A stretch of 37,368 nt of DNA from Candidatus Limnocylindrales bacterium (GTDB taxonomy: Bacteria > Moduliflexota > Moduliflexia > Moduliflexales > JAUQPW01), in NCBI GenBank assembly GCA_035559535.1, contig DATMBG010000006.1:124001-161368 (forward strand). The letters are read 5' to 3'. Of this stretch, positions 37,114 through 37,368 are shown piece by piece. The notes beneath the pieces were generated by a model that did not search any database, was not told where the DNA came from, and saw only the letters and a list, made by a program, of their open reading frames with translations. Every line of letters begins with the position of its first letter. Position 1 is the stretch's first letter. Position numbers and translations under genes: made by a program.

Positions 37114-37368
37114 ATGCGGCGGCGTAGATACAAAATCTTATTCATCTTATTTTGCATACTTATTATCCTAATTCCGGGTATTTTCCTCATCTCCTGGTAT
37201 GAAATGTACCTGAAGAGGTTGATCAACGAGGAATTCAATAAAAAGCGGTGGGATTTACCTTCCCGTATTTATTCAGATCTGGAGGTTCTTCAACCTGGAG
37301 ACAATATTTACCAAAGGGATTTAAAAGGGAAGCTGCAGAGGTTAGGCTATCGAGAAATCAGCCCCATT
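37114..37368 (+). CDS. mrcB: Class A penicillin-binding protein, PBP1B-like (5' part; runs off the right edge)
   Basis: Not in the ORF track. Read by hand: MRRRRYKILFILFCILIIL...FNKKRWDLPSRIYSD...LQPG...LQRLGYR, matching the PBP1B TM anchor plus W-x-LP-x-x-Y and UB2H start (L..LGYR). Confidence 0.7.
   Translation, partial: MRRRRYKILFILFCILIILIPGIFLISWYEMYLKRLINEEFNKKRWDLPSRIYSDLEVLQPGDNIYQRDLKGKLQRLGYREISPI

Overview
A bacterial chromosomal window of about 26 genes. I found no rRNA, tRNA, CRISPR array or transposase. It holds: a GldAFG-like ABC operon (truncated at the left edge); an S41 protease; a malQ-anmK-treS/maltokinase operon; a secreted metzincin; an uncharacterised protein with an inserted ribosomal L7/L12-CTD-like domain, coupled to an SNF2 helicase; an ABC-2 exporter; secreted hypotheticals; an Smr protein; a hybrid histidine kinase with a sigma54 enhancer-binding response regulator; DUF883- and DUF3618-like stress proteins; a zincin peptidase plus ATP-grasp ligase pair; glgX; an AI-2E/PP2C fusion; and the start of a PBP1B-like gene. 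Signals missing from the ORF track: (1) a UxxC glutaredoxin-like selenoprotein gene (15306..15539) with an in-frame UGA and a SECIS-like hairpin; (2) six sigma54 -24/-12 promoters, including two divergent pairs whose spacers share a GGTA-N6-TACC palindrome, a candidate enhancer for the local activator; (3) catalytically degenerate maltokinase and PP2C domains; (4) several families of intergenic palindromes and short tandem repeats. All family calls come from reading motifs by eye; no database searches were run.
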